Assembly: GCA_965242725.1 (NCBI GenBank)
Contig: CBDESZ010000017.1
Coordinates: 1 to 64,000 of the forward strand
Direction: 5' to 3'
DNA length: 64,000 nucleotides
Origin: Alkalispirochaeta sp.
Lineage (GTDB): Bacteria; Spirochaetota; Spirochaetia; DSM-27196; Alkalispirochaetaceae
Below the pieces are notes generated by a model. The model did not search any database. It was not told the DNA's origin and was given only the letters and a program-made list of their open reading frames with translations. The stretch's first letter is position 1, and each line of letters starts with the position of its first letter. Positions 40,611 to 49,984 of the stretch are shown here, in pieces. Made by a program: the position numbers and the translations under genes.

Positions 40611-42451
40611 TCAGTTGATTCCCCGATCGAAGCGTCAACAAGATCCACCTCCCCGACATCGTCACCCACCGGCACCAGGATGATGAAGGTTGTGCCGCTG
40701 CCGAGTGCGCTTTCCACATGGATCCGACCATCATGATCGTAGACGATTCGCTCCACAATCGCCAGACCGAGACCCGTCCCCTCGCCGCCTTTGCTTGTCA
40801 CGTAAGGCTGGAAGATGTCCTCACGGATTTCATCGGGAATTCCCGGGCCGTCATCCTCGACCCGGATCCGACAGAACCTTCGCCCGCCCTGTACGATAAT
40901 ATCCGCCGCACAGGTGATTCGGACGACTCTGCCGCTCGCTTCAACTGAATTCTTGAAGAGATTCACAAAGATCTGCCGCAGTTGCCCCTTGTCGGCGTGA
41001 ATGATCAGATCAGGGGCGATAGCCGACCGGTCGACGACGACGTCGGGATCCTCATCGTAAACCGCTGCCGCTTCCCCGCAGATGCGTTCCAGTGCAACGG
41101 GCTCTTTCGTCGGCCCCGGGAGACGGGAGAACGACCGGAATTCGTTCAGGAGCGCCGTAAGCGCCTCGGTCTCACGGATAATCGTTGAGGTGGTGCGGTG
41201 CAGCACCCGTCCAAAATCGTCTGCCCCCGCCTCATACCGGCGCTTGAGTCGTTCCGCGGCGAGCCTGATCGGCGTGAGGGGATTTTTCACCTCGTGGGCG
41301 AGCCGCTGGGCGATCTCCTGCCACGCCTGAACCTTCTCCGCCTGGGCGATGCGCTGTCTTGCCCGGTCGAGCTCGTTTACCATCCTGTTGAACGAGGTAA
41401 CCATGACACCCAGGTCTTCCCCGGGACGGCTCAAAATACGCACCGAATAGTCGCCGTCGGTTACGCGACGGGTCGCCTCTTCAAGGAGTTCGATCGGCCG
41501 TATAATGCGGTCGGAAAAGAAGAAGCTCGCCAGAATCGACAAAAGGAGAAGGGGAAGGGAGAAAAAACCGTACATCAGCGCGACGACGAGTATGTATACG
41601 GGACGCAGATTCTCCAGGCGCGAGAAGATGCGAATGGACTCGGTAATAGTCGCCGCCTTCCGTTCAAAGCCGTCGGGTAGTCCAACCGTCAAAACGGCGA
41701 GTCCCGGTGTCTGCCCGTCCGGGAGATTCACCACAGTGGTCATACGCAAAAGCCCGACGCCGTTAATGGATACCCGATGAATCCGCGCCGAATCGCCGGG
41801 GCTCAAATCGGGGGGAGCTTCGGGAAGGCGAAGCCCTTCGGAACCGAGAAACACGAGTTCCCTGCCGTTCCCGTCAAAGAGCTGTACTCCCTGCGCGCGG
41901 GGCTGTCGCCTGGTGACCTCCGGCCAGATAGGCGCACCCGGGGAAACGTCTCCAAGGGTCGGCAGCCGACCGTCGACGATACGCTGCATCGTTCCGTCGG
42001 CGGCGAGAATTTCCAGATCGTGAATGTGCTGATCGTAGTAGTCCAGAGCCAGATCCAGACCGTGCTGAAGAGACAGTCCCGTATTTGTATTGAAGAGCAG
42101 CTGCATCGTGGAAGAGAGAACGCCGACGGCGACGATGCCCTGAGGCAGCGCGGCGAGGAGGACGACCACCGCAAAAAAGCCTGCAAGTCGCGCCTTGAAG
42201 CCGGCACCGGGCTTGCCCGTTCTCCGGTCCCGCAGGAGACGAAGGAGACTGAGAATGACGGCACCAAGCAGTCCCGCCGGCAGAAGTGCGGCAATAAGAA
42301 CAAAGACCCACAGTCGTGGACCGCTGAGAATGTCCGGGTCCGAGAGAACGCGATTGGAGAGCAGAACGGTCAGTATCACGATGACCACATACAACGCGCC
42401 GAGGCTTGCAAGTGTCGTCGATGACGCTGAGGCGTTCCGAAATACTCTCAT
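40607..42451 (-). CDS. Membrane sensor histidine kinase with HAMP domain (NtrY-like)
   Basis: TM segments, HAMP, H-box WQEIAQRLAHEVKNPLTPI, N/G1/G2 boxes. Confidence 0.9.
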   Translation of the reverse strand: MRVFRNASASSTTLASLGALYVVIVILTVLLSNRVLSDPDILSGPRLWVFVLIAALLPAGLLGAVILSLLRLLRDRRTGKPGAGFKARLAGFFAVVVLLAALPQGIVAVGVLSSTMQLLFNTNTGLSLQHGLDLALDYYDQHIHDLEILAADGTMQRIVDGRLPTLGDVSPGAPIWPEVTRRQPRAQGVQLFDGNGRELVFLGSEGLRLPEAPPDLSPGDSARIHRVSINGVGLLRMTTVVNLPDGQTPGLAVLTVGLPDGFERKAATITESIRIFSRLENLRPVYILVVALMYGFFSLPLLLLSILASFFFSDRIIRPIELLEEATRRVTDGDYSVRILSRPGEDLGVMVTSFNRMVNELDRARQRIAQAEKVQAWQEIAQRLAHEVKNPLTPIRLAAERLKRRYEAGADDFGRVLHRTTSTIIRETEALTALLNEFRSFSRLPGPTKEPVALERICGEAAAVYDEDPDVVVDRSAIAPDLIIHADKGQLRQIFVNLFKNSVEASGRVVRITCAADIIVQGGRRFCRIRVEDDGPGIPDEIREDIFQPYVTSKGGEGTGLGLAIVERIVYDHDGRIHVESALGSGTTFIILVPVGDDVGEVDLVDASIGESTE

Positions 42452-42484
42452 GGCGCGTGGCGGCAGAGCCCCCCGAAGGGGAGC

Positions 42485-42751
42485 CTAATCCTCTTCAAAT
42501 CTGTTCTCAAAGAGCTGTGCAAGGTTTTCCACGGCATCTTCCTCATCTTCCCCATCGGCGGATATGGTGATCCTGGAATTGTACCCGGCGCCGAGGGTTA
42601 TGATCCCCATGATCGACTTGGCGTTAATGGTGTCCCGGCCGTTTTTAAACTCGATGTGTGCGGAGTACTGCGATGCTGTCTGAACGATGAGTGCCGCCGG
42701 TCGTGCATGGATGCCCGCCCGGTTTTTCACCACCACTTCTTTTTCGGTCAT
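42485..42751 (-). CDS. ptsH: Phosphocarrier protein HPr
   Basis: GIHARPAA (His15), NAKSIMG (Ser46); start re-called at 42751. Confidence 0.95.
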   Translation of the reverse strand: MTEKEVVVKNRAGIHARPAALIVQTASQYSAHIEFKNGRDTINAKSIMGIITLGAGYNSRITISADGEDEEDAVENLAQLFENRFEED

Positions 42752-42761
42752 GGAGCCAACC

Positions 42762-43745
42762 TCATGTAATACCCTTTTTTTGAAGATACGCACGCCGGGC
42801 ATTTTCACTGTCCAACCATCGAAGGACAGTCTGGTTGAACTCCCGGGCGCTGTAGTAACCCATTTTTTTCAGCCGTTCATTCATCGCTGCAGTTTCAATG
42901 ATAATGGGAATATTGCGTCCCGGTTTTACCGGTATTTCCAGATAGGGTGTGGCAACCCCGAGGATCTCCCACGTCCGTTCTTCCGCGCCGATGCGGTCAT
43001 ATGCCTTCTTGGAGTCCCACGTTTCAAGCTGACAGATAAGCTGAATCTGCTTTTTGTCCCGGATCGAACCGACGCCGAAGAGGTGGGTAATATTGATGAT
43101 ACCCAACCCGCGAATTTCCATGTGGTGGCCCAGTGCGGGATTCACCCCCTGACCGAGGAGAATATTCCCTGCCACCCGGCGGATCTCCACGGCGTCGTCG
43201 GCGACAAGGCGGTGTCCCCGTTCTATAAGCTCCAGCGCCGCCTCGCTTTTCCCCACGCCGCTGGCCCCGAGGATGAGGACACCGATTCCAAAGACCTCGA
43301 TCAGAGTGCCGTGGATCGTCTGCTTCGCGGCAAAGACGTTTCCCAGCGCCCGGATGAGGCGCATGACAAACTCGCTGGTATCGAGCTGGGTCTGCAGTAC
43401 CGGAATGTTGGCCGTATCTGCAAGTGCGGCAAAGTCGTCGGTCGGCTCAAGCCCGTGGGTAAAGACGCAGCAGGGGATCTCCCGCTGAAAAAACTCCTCG
43501 ATCGTCGTCGTCGTCTTCTCGGCGGCCAGTTTTTCGAGATAGGCGTGCTCACCCCGGCCGAAAATCTGTATTCGCTGAAAACCGAAATTGTCAAAAAAGC
43601 CGCTCAACGCCAGCCCGGGCCGATTGAGGTCGGGGATCGAAATGGGACGAAGCAGTCCCTGCCATCCTCCGATGCAATCCAGCCCGAGATCGTTATGCTC
43701 GCGTAATTCCAGATCGATGAGATCCAGAACGGTAAACTGTTCCAT
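42762..43745 (-). CDS. hprK: HPr kinase/phosphorylase
   Basis: NRPGLALSG, GASGVGKSE, LVADD, HMEIRGLGII, PVKPGRN. Confidence 0.96.
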   Translation of the reverse strand: MEQFTVLDLIDLELREHNDLGLDCIGGWQGLLRPISIPDLNRPGLALSGFFDNFGFQRIQIFGRGEHAYLEKLAAEKTTTTIEEFFQREIPCCVFTHGLEPTDDFAALADTANIPVLQTQLDTSEFVMRLIRALGNVFAAKQTIHGTLIEVFGIGVLILGASGVGKSEAALELIERGHRLVADDAVEIRRVAGNILLGQGVNPALGHHMEIRGLGIINITHLFGVGSIRDKKQIQLICQLETWDSKKAYDRIGAEERTWEILGVATPYLEIPVKPGRNIPIIIETAAMNERLKKMGYYSAREFNQTVLRWLDSENARRAYLQKKGIT

Positions 43746-43747
43746 CG

Positions 43748-44047
43748 TTACGGCTTGTGTTCCTGTACCTTTTCTACTTCTTTTCGCACCTTCTGGTCCA
43801 GTTTATCGATCAGTTCATTGATCGCTTTGTGTAAATCGTAACCGCCCGTCTTGATAACCGCGTTGGTTCCCCATCGAAAGTGCACTTTCGCTTCCACGTC
43901 AAAGCTGTGGCCCTTTTCCCTGGTCAAGGTGAAATCCAGATCAACGATCTTGTCGGTGGCGAAGTCCAGTTTCTGCAATCGTGTTTCAATAAGCTCTTTT
44001 GTCAAATCTTTTGCGTCAAAATGTACCGATTTGATCGTCATGTTCAT
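43748..44047 (-). CDS. hpf: Ribosome hibernation factor (HPF/RaiA family)
   Basis: ~99 aa immediately after rpoN; DLHKAINELIDKLDQKVRK. Confidence 0.8.
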   Translation of the reverse strand: MNMTIKSVHFDAKDLTKELIETRLQKLDFATDKIVDLDFTLTREKGHSFDVEAKVHFRWGTNAVIKTGGYDLHKAINELIDKLDQKVRKEVEKVQEHKP

Positions 44048-44068
44048 GGTTTACCTCCCGTGAAGTCA

Positions 44069-45445
44069 TCAACGCTCGTAGGACGAGCTGATTTTAAGTT
44101 CCTTGCGGTACTTGGCAACGGTTCTTCGCGCGATTTTTATCCCCCGTTGTGCAAGCAGATCGGAGATTCTCTGGTCCGAGAGGTGCTTGCCGGTCGCCTG
44201 CTCCTCCTGCTCCAGGATCTCCCGCACGATCTCTTTTACACCCTCCTTGCTGTATTTGGAGTACCCCGAACCGGTCCCGGCGATTCGATTCGAGAAAAAA
44301 TGTTTGAGCTCAAAGATACCCCATTCGGTTTGAAGATACTTCCCATTGGTCACGCGGGAAATAGTTGCCTCACTGAGATTCAGCTCTCCCGCGATATCCT
44401 TCAATGTGAGAGGTGCAAGATGCTTCTTGCCCTTCAGAAAAAAGTCGCGCTGAAACTCAAGGATCGCCCGTCCCACCCGCAGAATCGTCTCGTTGCGCTG
44501 GGCTATGCTGTTAATGAACCACCGTGCATCCTTGACACCCTTGTTTGCAAATTGCCGCGCCGAATCGTCGTCACTCTCGGCAATCTCCTCAAACATCCTG
44601 TTGACGCCGAGAACGGGAATCTCCTCGTCGTTGAAGACGAGGACAAACTGGCCGTCCCGCCTGCGCAGGACGAGGTCGGGAACGACATACCGCGATTCAT
44701 CGGAAGAAAACATGCGTCCCGGAAAGGGCGTGAGGGAACGGATGATGTCGATCGCCTCTTCCACTTCCTCCACCGAAGCGTGAAGCGTCCTGGCGATCTC
44801 CTTTATTCTGCCCCGCTCCACATCCTCGAGGTGATTCATGATTATCGGAATGACCAAATGCGGCGTATCCACCAGCTGGTCGGCCTGGACGACGAGGGAT
44901 TCATGAAAATCCCGCACGCACGTACCGACGGGTTCAAAGGTACGGATAATGGTCATCATCGGCTCCACCCGACGATGATCACCTTCAGGTACGACCCGAA
45001 AGGGTTCTTCGATATGAAATCCATTCTCGTCGAGATTGTTTATGAGCAATTCACCGACGGCAAAATCGGCATCGTCAAGTGGTTGAAGGCGCAACTGCCA
45101 GAGAAGATGATCGTGGAGCGACTCGGGTCGGGAGAGGGCTCCTTCAAGGAACATGCGTTTTCCGTCTTCATCGCCGTCAAAGCGGCCCGACCCGGTGTAT
45201 CCGGGATCTGAAGAGTTCTCGAAATACTCGTATTCATCACGTCTTGCATTCTGCTCGTCGTTTTCATTGAGTGAGATACTCGGTGCTTCCTCGAGTATTT
45301 CGAGGGCGGGATTTGTCTCCAGTTCCTCCTGGATACGGAATTTGAGGTCTTGTAGTGGAAGCGTCATGATTTGGATGCTCTGCAGTAACTGCGGCGTCAT
45401 CCGCAGTTCCTGGCGTTGCACCAGTGCAGGGCGTTGATACTGCAT
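44069..45445 (-). CDS. rpoN: RNA polymerase sigma-54 factor
   Basis: PQLLQSIQIM, ELETNPALE, PLTLKDIA, EATISR, RpoN box ARRTVAKYR; start re-called at 45445. Confidence 0.97.
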   Translation of the reverse strand: MQYQRPALVQRQELRMTPQLLQSIQIMTLPLQDLKFRIQEELETNPALEILEEAPSISLNENDEQNARRDEYEYFENSSDPGYTGSGRFDGDEDGKRMFLEGALSRPESLHDHLLWQLRLQPLDDADFAVGELLINNLDENGFHIEEPFRVVPEGDHRRVEPMMTIIRTFEPVGTCVRDFHESLVVQADQLVDTPHLVIPIIMNHLEDVERGRIKEIARTLHASVEEVEEAIDIIRSLTPFPGRMFSSDESRYVVPDLVLRRRDGQFVLVFNDEEIPVLGVNRMFEEIAESDDDSARQFANKGVKDARWFINSIAQRNETILRVGRAILEFQRDFFLKGKKHLAPLTLKDIAGELNLSEATISRVTNGKYLQTEWGIFELKHFFSNRIAGTGSGYSKYSKEGVKEIVREILEQEEQATGKHLSDQRISDLLAQRGIKIARRTVAKYRKELKISSSYER

Positions 45446-45502
45446 ACTACTCACTATAATGGGAGAGGGGGCCCTCTTTGTCAATTTGACCGGCGGCGAC
45501 TT

Positions 45503-46231
45503 CTACCGGCGATAGTCGTCGCCGAGATAGATCGTCCGGGCCGTCTCGTTTGCCTCAATCTCGTCCCGCGTTCCGGCGACGACGATTTCTCCCCGATGAA
45601 TGAGGTGGGAGTAGTCCGAGATGTCCAGGGTGTCCCGCTCGTTGTGGTCGGTGATGAGCACGCCGATACCCTTTCCGGAAAGGCGCCGTACGATCGTCTT
45701 CAGCTCATACCGCGCGCGGGGATCGATCCCGGCAAAGGGCTCGTCAAGGAGAAGAAAGCGGGGTTCCATCGCGAGGGCACGGGCGATTTCCGTCCGGCGA
45801 CGCTCGCCCCCGGAGAGAGAATACGCCTTCTGCCTGCGAATTGAGGCGATGCCCAGCTCCTCAAGCAACTCCTCCACGCGCCTGCGCCGCGCCGAGCGGG
45901 TCAGCTCCCGCCGCGGCTCCAGCACGGCCATGAGATTCTGCTCGACCGTGAGCTTTCTGAATACCGACGGTTCCTGGGGCAGATACGATATGCCCCGTCT
46001 CGCCCGGATAAACATGGGCAGCCGCCCGATATCGGCGTCGTCCAGAAAGACGGATCCCCCGGTCGGCGAGATGAAGCCCACGATCATGTAAAAGACCGTT
46101 GTCTTACCCGCCCCGTTGGGTCCAAGGAGACTGACGACCTGTCCGCTCTCCATGGAGAAATCGATGCCCCGGACCACCTCTTTCCGGCCGAACCGCTTGA
46201 CGAGATTCTCGACTCTCAGGGTACTACTCAT
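45503..46231 (-). CDS. lptB: LPS export ABC ATP-binding protein
   Basis: YLPQEPSVFRKLTV, LSGGERRR, DEPFAGIDP, LITDHN. Confidence 0.93.
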   Translation of the reverse strand: MSSTLRVENLVKRFGRKEVVRGIDFSMESGQVVSLLGPNGAGKTTVFYMIVGFISPTGGSVFLDDADIGRLPMFIRARRGISYLPQEPSVFRKLTVEQNLMAVLEPRRELTRSARRRRVEELLEELGIASIRRQKAYSLSGGERRRTEIARALAMEPRFLLLDEPFAGIDPRARYELKTIVRRLSGKGIGVLITDHNERDTLDISDYSHLIHRGEIVVAGTRDEIEANETARTIYLGDDYRR

Positions 46232-46871
46232 CTTCCGGGTCCTCCACCTCGATGGCGCCCTGTACGCGACCCTGCATTTCGATTTCCTCGGTATCCAGAT
46301 TCATGACGATTCGCGTCGCCCGATATTCGTCTCCCTTCCAGAAGAGGACGGGAAAACCGGACAGTTCCAGAACATTCTCTTCCCGCCGAAACCTGAGAAA
46401 CTGGGCGCGGGCGGTAAGATCGTCCCGAAGGACCCGAACCGCCGTCTGCACGACGATGAGATCCCCGCCGTTTCTCGTCTCCAGATATTCACCCTTGAGA
46501 ATGAGTTCATTGTCGAGGTCTTCCACGACGATCATGTACTCCGCCCGCAGGTTTTCAGTCGTACGGTCGAAACGAACCGTCTGCGCGGCAATTCGGATGT
46601 TGTGGGCGGAATCGAAGACCGATACGTTCCGGCGCCCCACGGCGTAGCGGAAGTTGGTGCCCCACAGCTCGATCTCCTCCGCGGTGAGCTCAAAATCGTT
46701 GCTCACCACCGTCGCATTTCCCTGAAGCAGCGTCCGCTCCCGACCCTCCGTCAGCGAAACGGACGTCCTCTCCCCGGAAAAGGTGAACGAATCGGCGATG
46801 ACCGTCAGGGGCGTCACGATGAGAAGACCCGCCCACAGGGCGGACCATACCCGGGCGGAGGGTGTCATCAC
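46224..46871 (-). CDS. lptA: LptA/OstA-like periplasmic beta-jellyroll protein
   Basis: Signal peptide; beta-rich (LQGNATV, LSGFP, GRVQG); lies between lptC and lptB. Confidence 0.7.
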   Translation of the reverse strand: MMTPSARVWSALWAGLLIVTPLTVIADSFTFSGERTSVSLTEGRERTLLQGNATVVSNDFELTAEEIELWGTNFRYAVGRRNVSVFDSAHNIRIAAQTVRFDRTTENLRAEYMIVVEDLDNELILKGEYLETRNGGDLIVVQTAVRVLRDDLTARAQFLRFRREENVLELSGFPVLFWKGDEYRATRIVMNLDTEEIEMQGRVQGAIEVEDPEDE

Positions 46872-47425
46872 TCTTCTTCCTCGCTCACATACGTTCCCTG
46901 TACGCCATTTTCAAATTCAACCACGTTACGCCTGCCGTCCAGGCGTAATCCCGCACCGGAAATGCGGGAACCGTCGCCGCGACCGACGGAAACAACCCCG
47001 CCGTCCCGGGAGGAGAGGATACGCCCGGCGTTGTCCCAATAGAGAAAGTCGCTTTCTAGTACGGCGTCGTCCTCCGTTGAGGTCAGGCGCACCTCGCCGC
47101 GCAGTTCCACATCTTCCGAGTCGAGATGGAGTGTCCCACCCTCTGCGCTCCCGGCGAGGCGGAGATCACCCTGTGGCCCGAACTCCTGAAAGGTCATCTC
47201 CTCAAACTCCTGAACCCCTTCGTCCGGAAAGGTCGCGATCCTCCGTGCGGTGAGCTCCAGCCGGTTTTCCCGTACCACCACCATACGCACATCGATCACT
47301 TCCGTCTGCGGTACTCCCGGCTGTCCCTCCGTCTCCACCGTTGCCTCGTCGTAGTCAAAGGTGCAACCCGCCATCAGCGGCAGGAGCAGGATTGTCAGAA
47401 GCGTCGGAAGGGAGGAGGTCGCCAT
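46868..47425 (-). CDS. lptC: LptC-like lipoprotein
   Basis: MAGC lipobox; LRGEVRL, LESDFLYWD, ISGAGL; synteny. Confidence 0.7.
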   Translation of the reverse strand: MATSSLPTLLTILLLPLMAGCTFDYDEATVETEGQPGVPQTEVIDVRMVVVRENRLELTARRIATFPDEGVQEFEEMTFQEFGPQGDLRLAGSAEGGTLHLDSEDVELRGEVRLTSTEDDAVLESDFLYWDNAGRILSSRDGGVVSVGRGDGSRISGAGLRLDGRRNVVEFENGVQGTYVSEEEE

Positions 47426-47430
47426 CGCTA

Positions 47431-49071
47431 TCAGCCGTCGTCCCCGGGGGTGTCGCCGTTCCGCTCCGCCGAGCTGCCCCGTGCCGCGGCGATAAACGCC
47501 CTGAAGAGGGGGTGGGCTTCAACGGGTTTCGACATGAACTCCGGATGAAACTGGACGCCCACACCCCAGGGATGAGCGGCCCATTCCAGGGATTCCACCA
47601 ATGAATAGTCTTCGGTGACGCCGCCGGTGGTCAGTCCCGCCTCGTTGAGCTGCTGGCGATAGGAGTTTGAAACTTCGTAGCGGTGACGGTGACGTTCAGT
47701 GATGATTTCCGTACCGTAGACGCGGCGAATCAGCGTATCCGGCAACAGGCGGGAATTGCTCGCCCCCAGACGCATGGTACCGCCGTAGTGTTTCACATCG
47801 ATCTGCTCTTCAAGCAGGCTCACGACGGGATAGGCACATTCCGGATGAAACTCCGTACTGTCCGCGTCCTCATAACCCAGGACATTCCGTGCATACTCTA
47901 TCACCATCACCTGCATTCCCAGACAGATACCGAAATAGGGTATCTTGTGCTCCCGTGCGTAGCGCGCCACGTTGACCATGCCGTCCACTCCCCGGCCGCC
48001 GAAACCGCCGGGAACGAGAATTCCATCGATTCCGCGAAAGACGCGATCCAGATCGATGTCGCCCTTCTCCAGGCCTTCGGAGTCAACCTTGACCAGTTCC
48101 ACTTTGCAGTCATTGGCGATTCCGCCGTGGTAGAGCGCCTCGTCTACCGATTTGTAGGAGTCGCTGAGTTCGATATATTTGCCCACCACCGCGATGCGGA
48201 CGGTACATGAGGAACCGGTGACCACTTCCACGACGTGCTGCCACCCCGACAGGTCCGCCGGCCGCACCTCCATGTCAAGGCGTCGAAGGACGATCTCATC
48301 CAGACCCTGGGTGTGATACATCAGGGGAATTTCATACAGCGACGACCGTACGTCGTATGCCGAAATGACCGCCTCCATATCCACATTGGTGAAGAGAGCT
48401 ATCTTCCGTCGAACGTCGTCGGGGAGGGCGGTAGGCGCCCTGCAGAGGAGCACATCCGGTTGTATACCGATTTCGCGCAGTTCTTTCACAGAATGCTGCG
48501 TCGGTTTTGTCTTGAGCTCTCCATTTGCAACTTCCGGAATCAGCGTCAGGTGAACGGCGAGGACGTTCTGTTTTCCCAGCTCGTGGACCATCTGGCGCAC
48601 CGCTTCAAGAAACGGAAATGACTCGATGTCGCCCACCGTTCCGCCCACTTCCACGATCGTCACATCCACTTCCCCGTCGTCTCCGACGCTCCGTACGCGC
48701 TGCTTGATGCGATCGGTGATGTGAGGAATGACCTGCACGGTCCGTCCCAGATAGCGGCCTTCCCGCTCATGCTGAATGACTTCCTGGTAGATCTGTCCGG
48801 TGGTGATGGAATTTGCCCGGCTCAAAGGTGAGCGTGTAAATCGCGCGTAATTGCCCAGGTCCAGATCGGTTTCGGCGCCGTCGTCGGTAACATACACCTC
48901 TCCGTGTTGATAGGGACTCATCGTCCCGGCGTCAACGTTTATATACGGATCGATCTTGATCATCCTGACGGAAAACCCGCGACTCTCCAGGAGACTTCCC
49001 AGGGACGCCGCGGCGATCCCTTTTCCGAGGCTTGAACATACGCCCCCGGTAACGAAAATATACTTGTTCAT
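47431..49071 (-). CDS. pyrG: CTP synthase
   Basis: GGVCSSLGKG, HGEVYVTDDGAETDLDLG, KTKPTQHSV, GICLGMQ, HRHRYE, QFHPEF. Confidence 0.98.
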   Translation of the reverse strand: MNKYIFVTGGVCSSLGKGIAAASLGSLLESRGFSVRMIKIDPYINVDAGTMSPYQHGEVYVTDDGAETDLDLGNYARFTRSPLSRANSITTGQIYQEVIQHEREGRYLGRTVQVIPHITDRIKQRVRSVGDDGEVDVTIVEVGGTVGDIESFPFLEAVRQMVHELGKQNVLAVHLTLIPEVANGELKTKPTQHSVKELREIGIQPDVLLCRAPTALPDDVRRKIALFTNVDMEAVISAYDVRSSLYEIPLMYHTQGLDEIVLRRLDMEVRPADLSGWQHVVEVVTGSSCTVRIAVVGKYIELSDSYKSVDEALYHGGIANDCKVELVKVDSEGLEKGDIDLDRVFRGIDGILVPGGFGGRGVDGMVNVARYAREHKIPYFGICLGMQVMVIEYARNVLGYEDADSTEFHPECAYPVVSLLEEQIDVKHYGGTMRLGASNSRLLPDTLIRRVYGTEIITERHRHRYEVSNSYRQQLNEAGLTTGGVTEDYSLVESLEWAAHPWGVGVQFHPEFMSKPVEAHPLFRAFIAAARGSSAERNGDTPGDDG

Positions 49072-49082
49072 ACCGGGAGTTC

Positions 49083-49111
49083 ATTATCCGCGCCCGCGAC
49101 CCCGCTGTCAA
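49083..49111 (-). promoter_or_regulatory. Sigma70 promoter for pyrG
   Basis: TTGACA (49111-49106)-17-GATAAT (49088-49083); ATG 11 nt downstream. Confidence 0.7.
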
Positions 49112-49127
49112 CGAAGGTCCAATCGCG

Positions 49128-49156
49128 TTGACACACCATGAGGGACACCGTACTCT
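49128..49156 (+). promoter_or_regulatory. Sigma70 promoter for cheR (leaderless geometry)
   Basis: TTGACA-17-TACTCT; ATG 7 nt after the -10 box. Confidence 0.7.
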
Positions 49157-49163
49157 TTCATAC

Positions 49164-49979
49164 ATGTCCGAATTCCTCAGCGATGCTGATTTTGAACGGT
49201 TTCGCACACTCATTTACGACGAAAGTGGCATCCACTTCTCCGAATCAAATCGGACCATTCTGGAAAGTCGACTGAAAGAACGTCTGAGAATCGCCAAGAT
49301 AGACACCGTAGGAGACTACTATCGCTTTGTCCGCTCCGACAGCGAGGAATTGAAGGTCCTTCTCGATGCAGTTACGACCAATTTGACCCGATTTTACCGC
49401 AATACCGCCCATTGGGAGACGTTCGAAAAATTCGTTGTTCCCGATCTGGTGGAACGAAAGAAAAAAAGCGGCAATCGTCGGGTCAAGGTGTGGAGCGCCG
49501 GGTGTTCCACCGGCGAAGAGCCATATACAATCGCCATGGAACTTCTTGAACTGTTACCGAAAGATTTTGAGGCCGAAATCGTTGCATCCGACCTGAGCCT
49601 CAAATCGGTACTGACGGCACAACAGGGCTTCTACACCGAAAACCGTATCGCCGGCATACCGGAATCCCATCTCGCCAAGTATTTCGACAGGAGAGAGGGG
49701 GGCTATCAGGTCAAGGATTTTGTGAAGAAGCTGATAAAGTTTGACTATCACAACCTGAAAAACGACAGCGGCCAGCGCAATCTGGACGTCATTTTCTGTC
49801 GAAATGTGCTCATATACTTTGACGAAGCGGCGCAAAAGGCGGTGATCAATCGCTTCTGGGAGGCCATGGCCCCCCAGTCGTATCTGTTCATCGGCCACAG
49901 TGAATCGCTCTTCGGCATGAATACTTCCTTCAAGTTCATTAAAACCGACTACGCATGCATCTACGGGAAAGAGGTATAG
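49164..49979 (+). CDS. cheR: Chemotaxis methyltransferase
   Basis: TTNLTRFYR, WSAGCSTGEEPYT, DVIFCRNVLIYF, GHSES. Confidence 0.95.
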   Translation: MSEFLSDADFERFRTLIYDESGIHFSESNRTILESRLKERLRIAKIDTVGDYYRFVRSDSEELKVLLDAVTTNLTRFYRNTAHWETFEKFVVPDLVERKKKSGNRRVKVWSAGCSTGEEPYTIAMELLELLPKDFEAEIVASDLSLKSVLTAQQGFYTENRIAGIPESHLAKYFDRREGGYQVKDFVKKLIKFDYHNLKNDSGQRNLDVIFCRNVLIYFDEAAQKAVINRFWEAMAPQSYLFIGHSESLFGMNTSFKFIKTDYACIYGKEV

Positions 49980-49984
49980 GCAAC

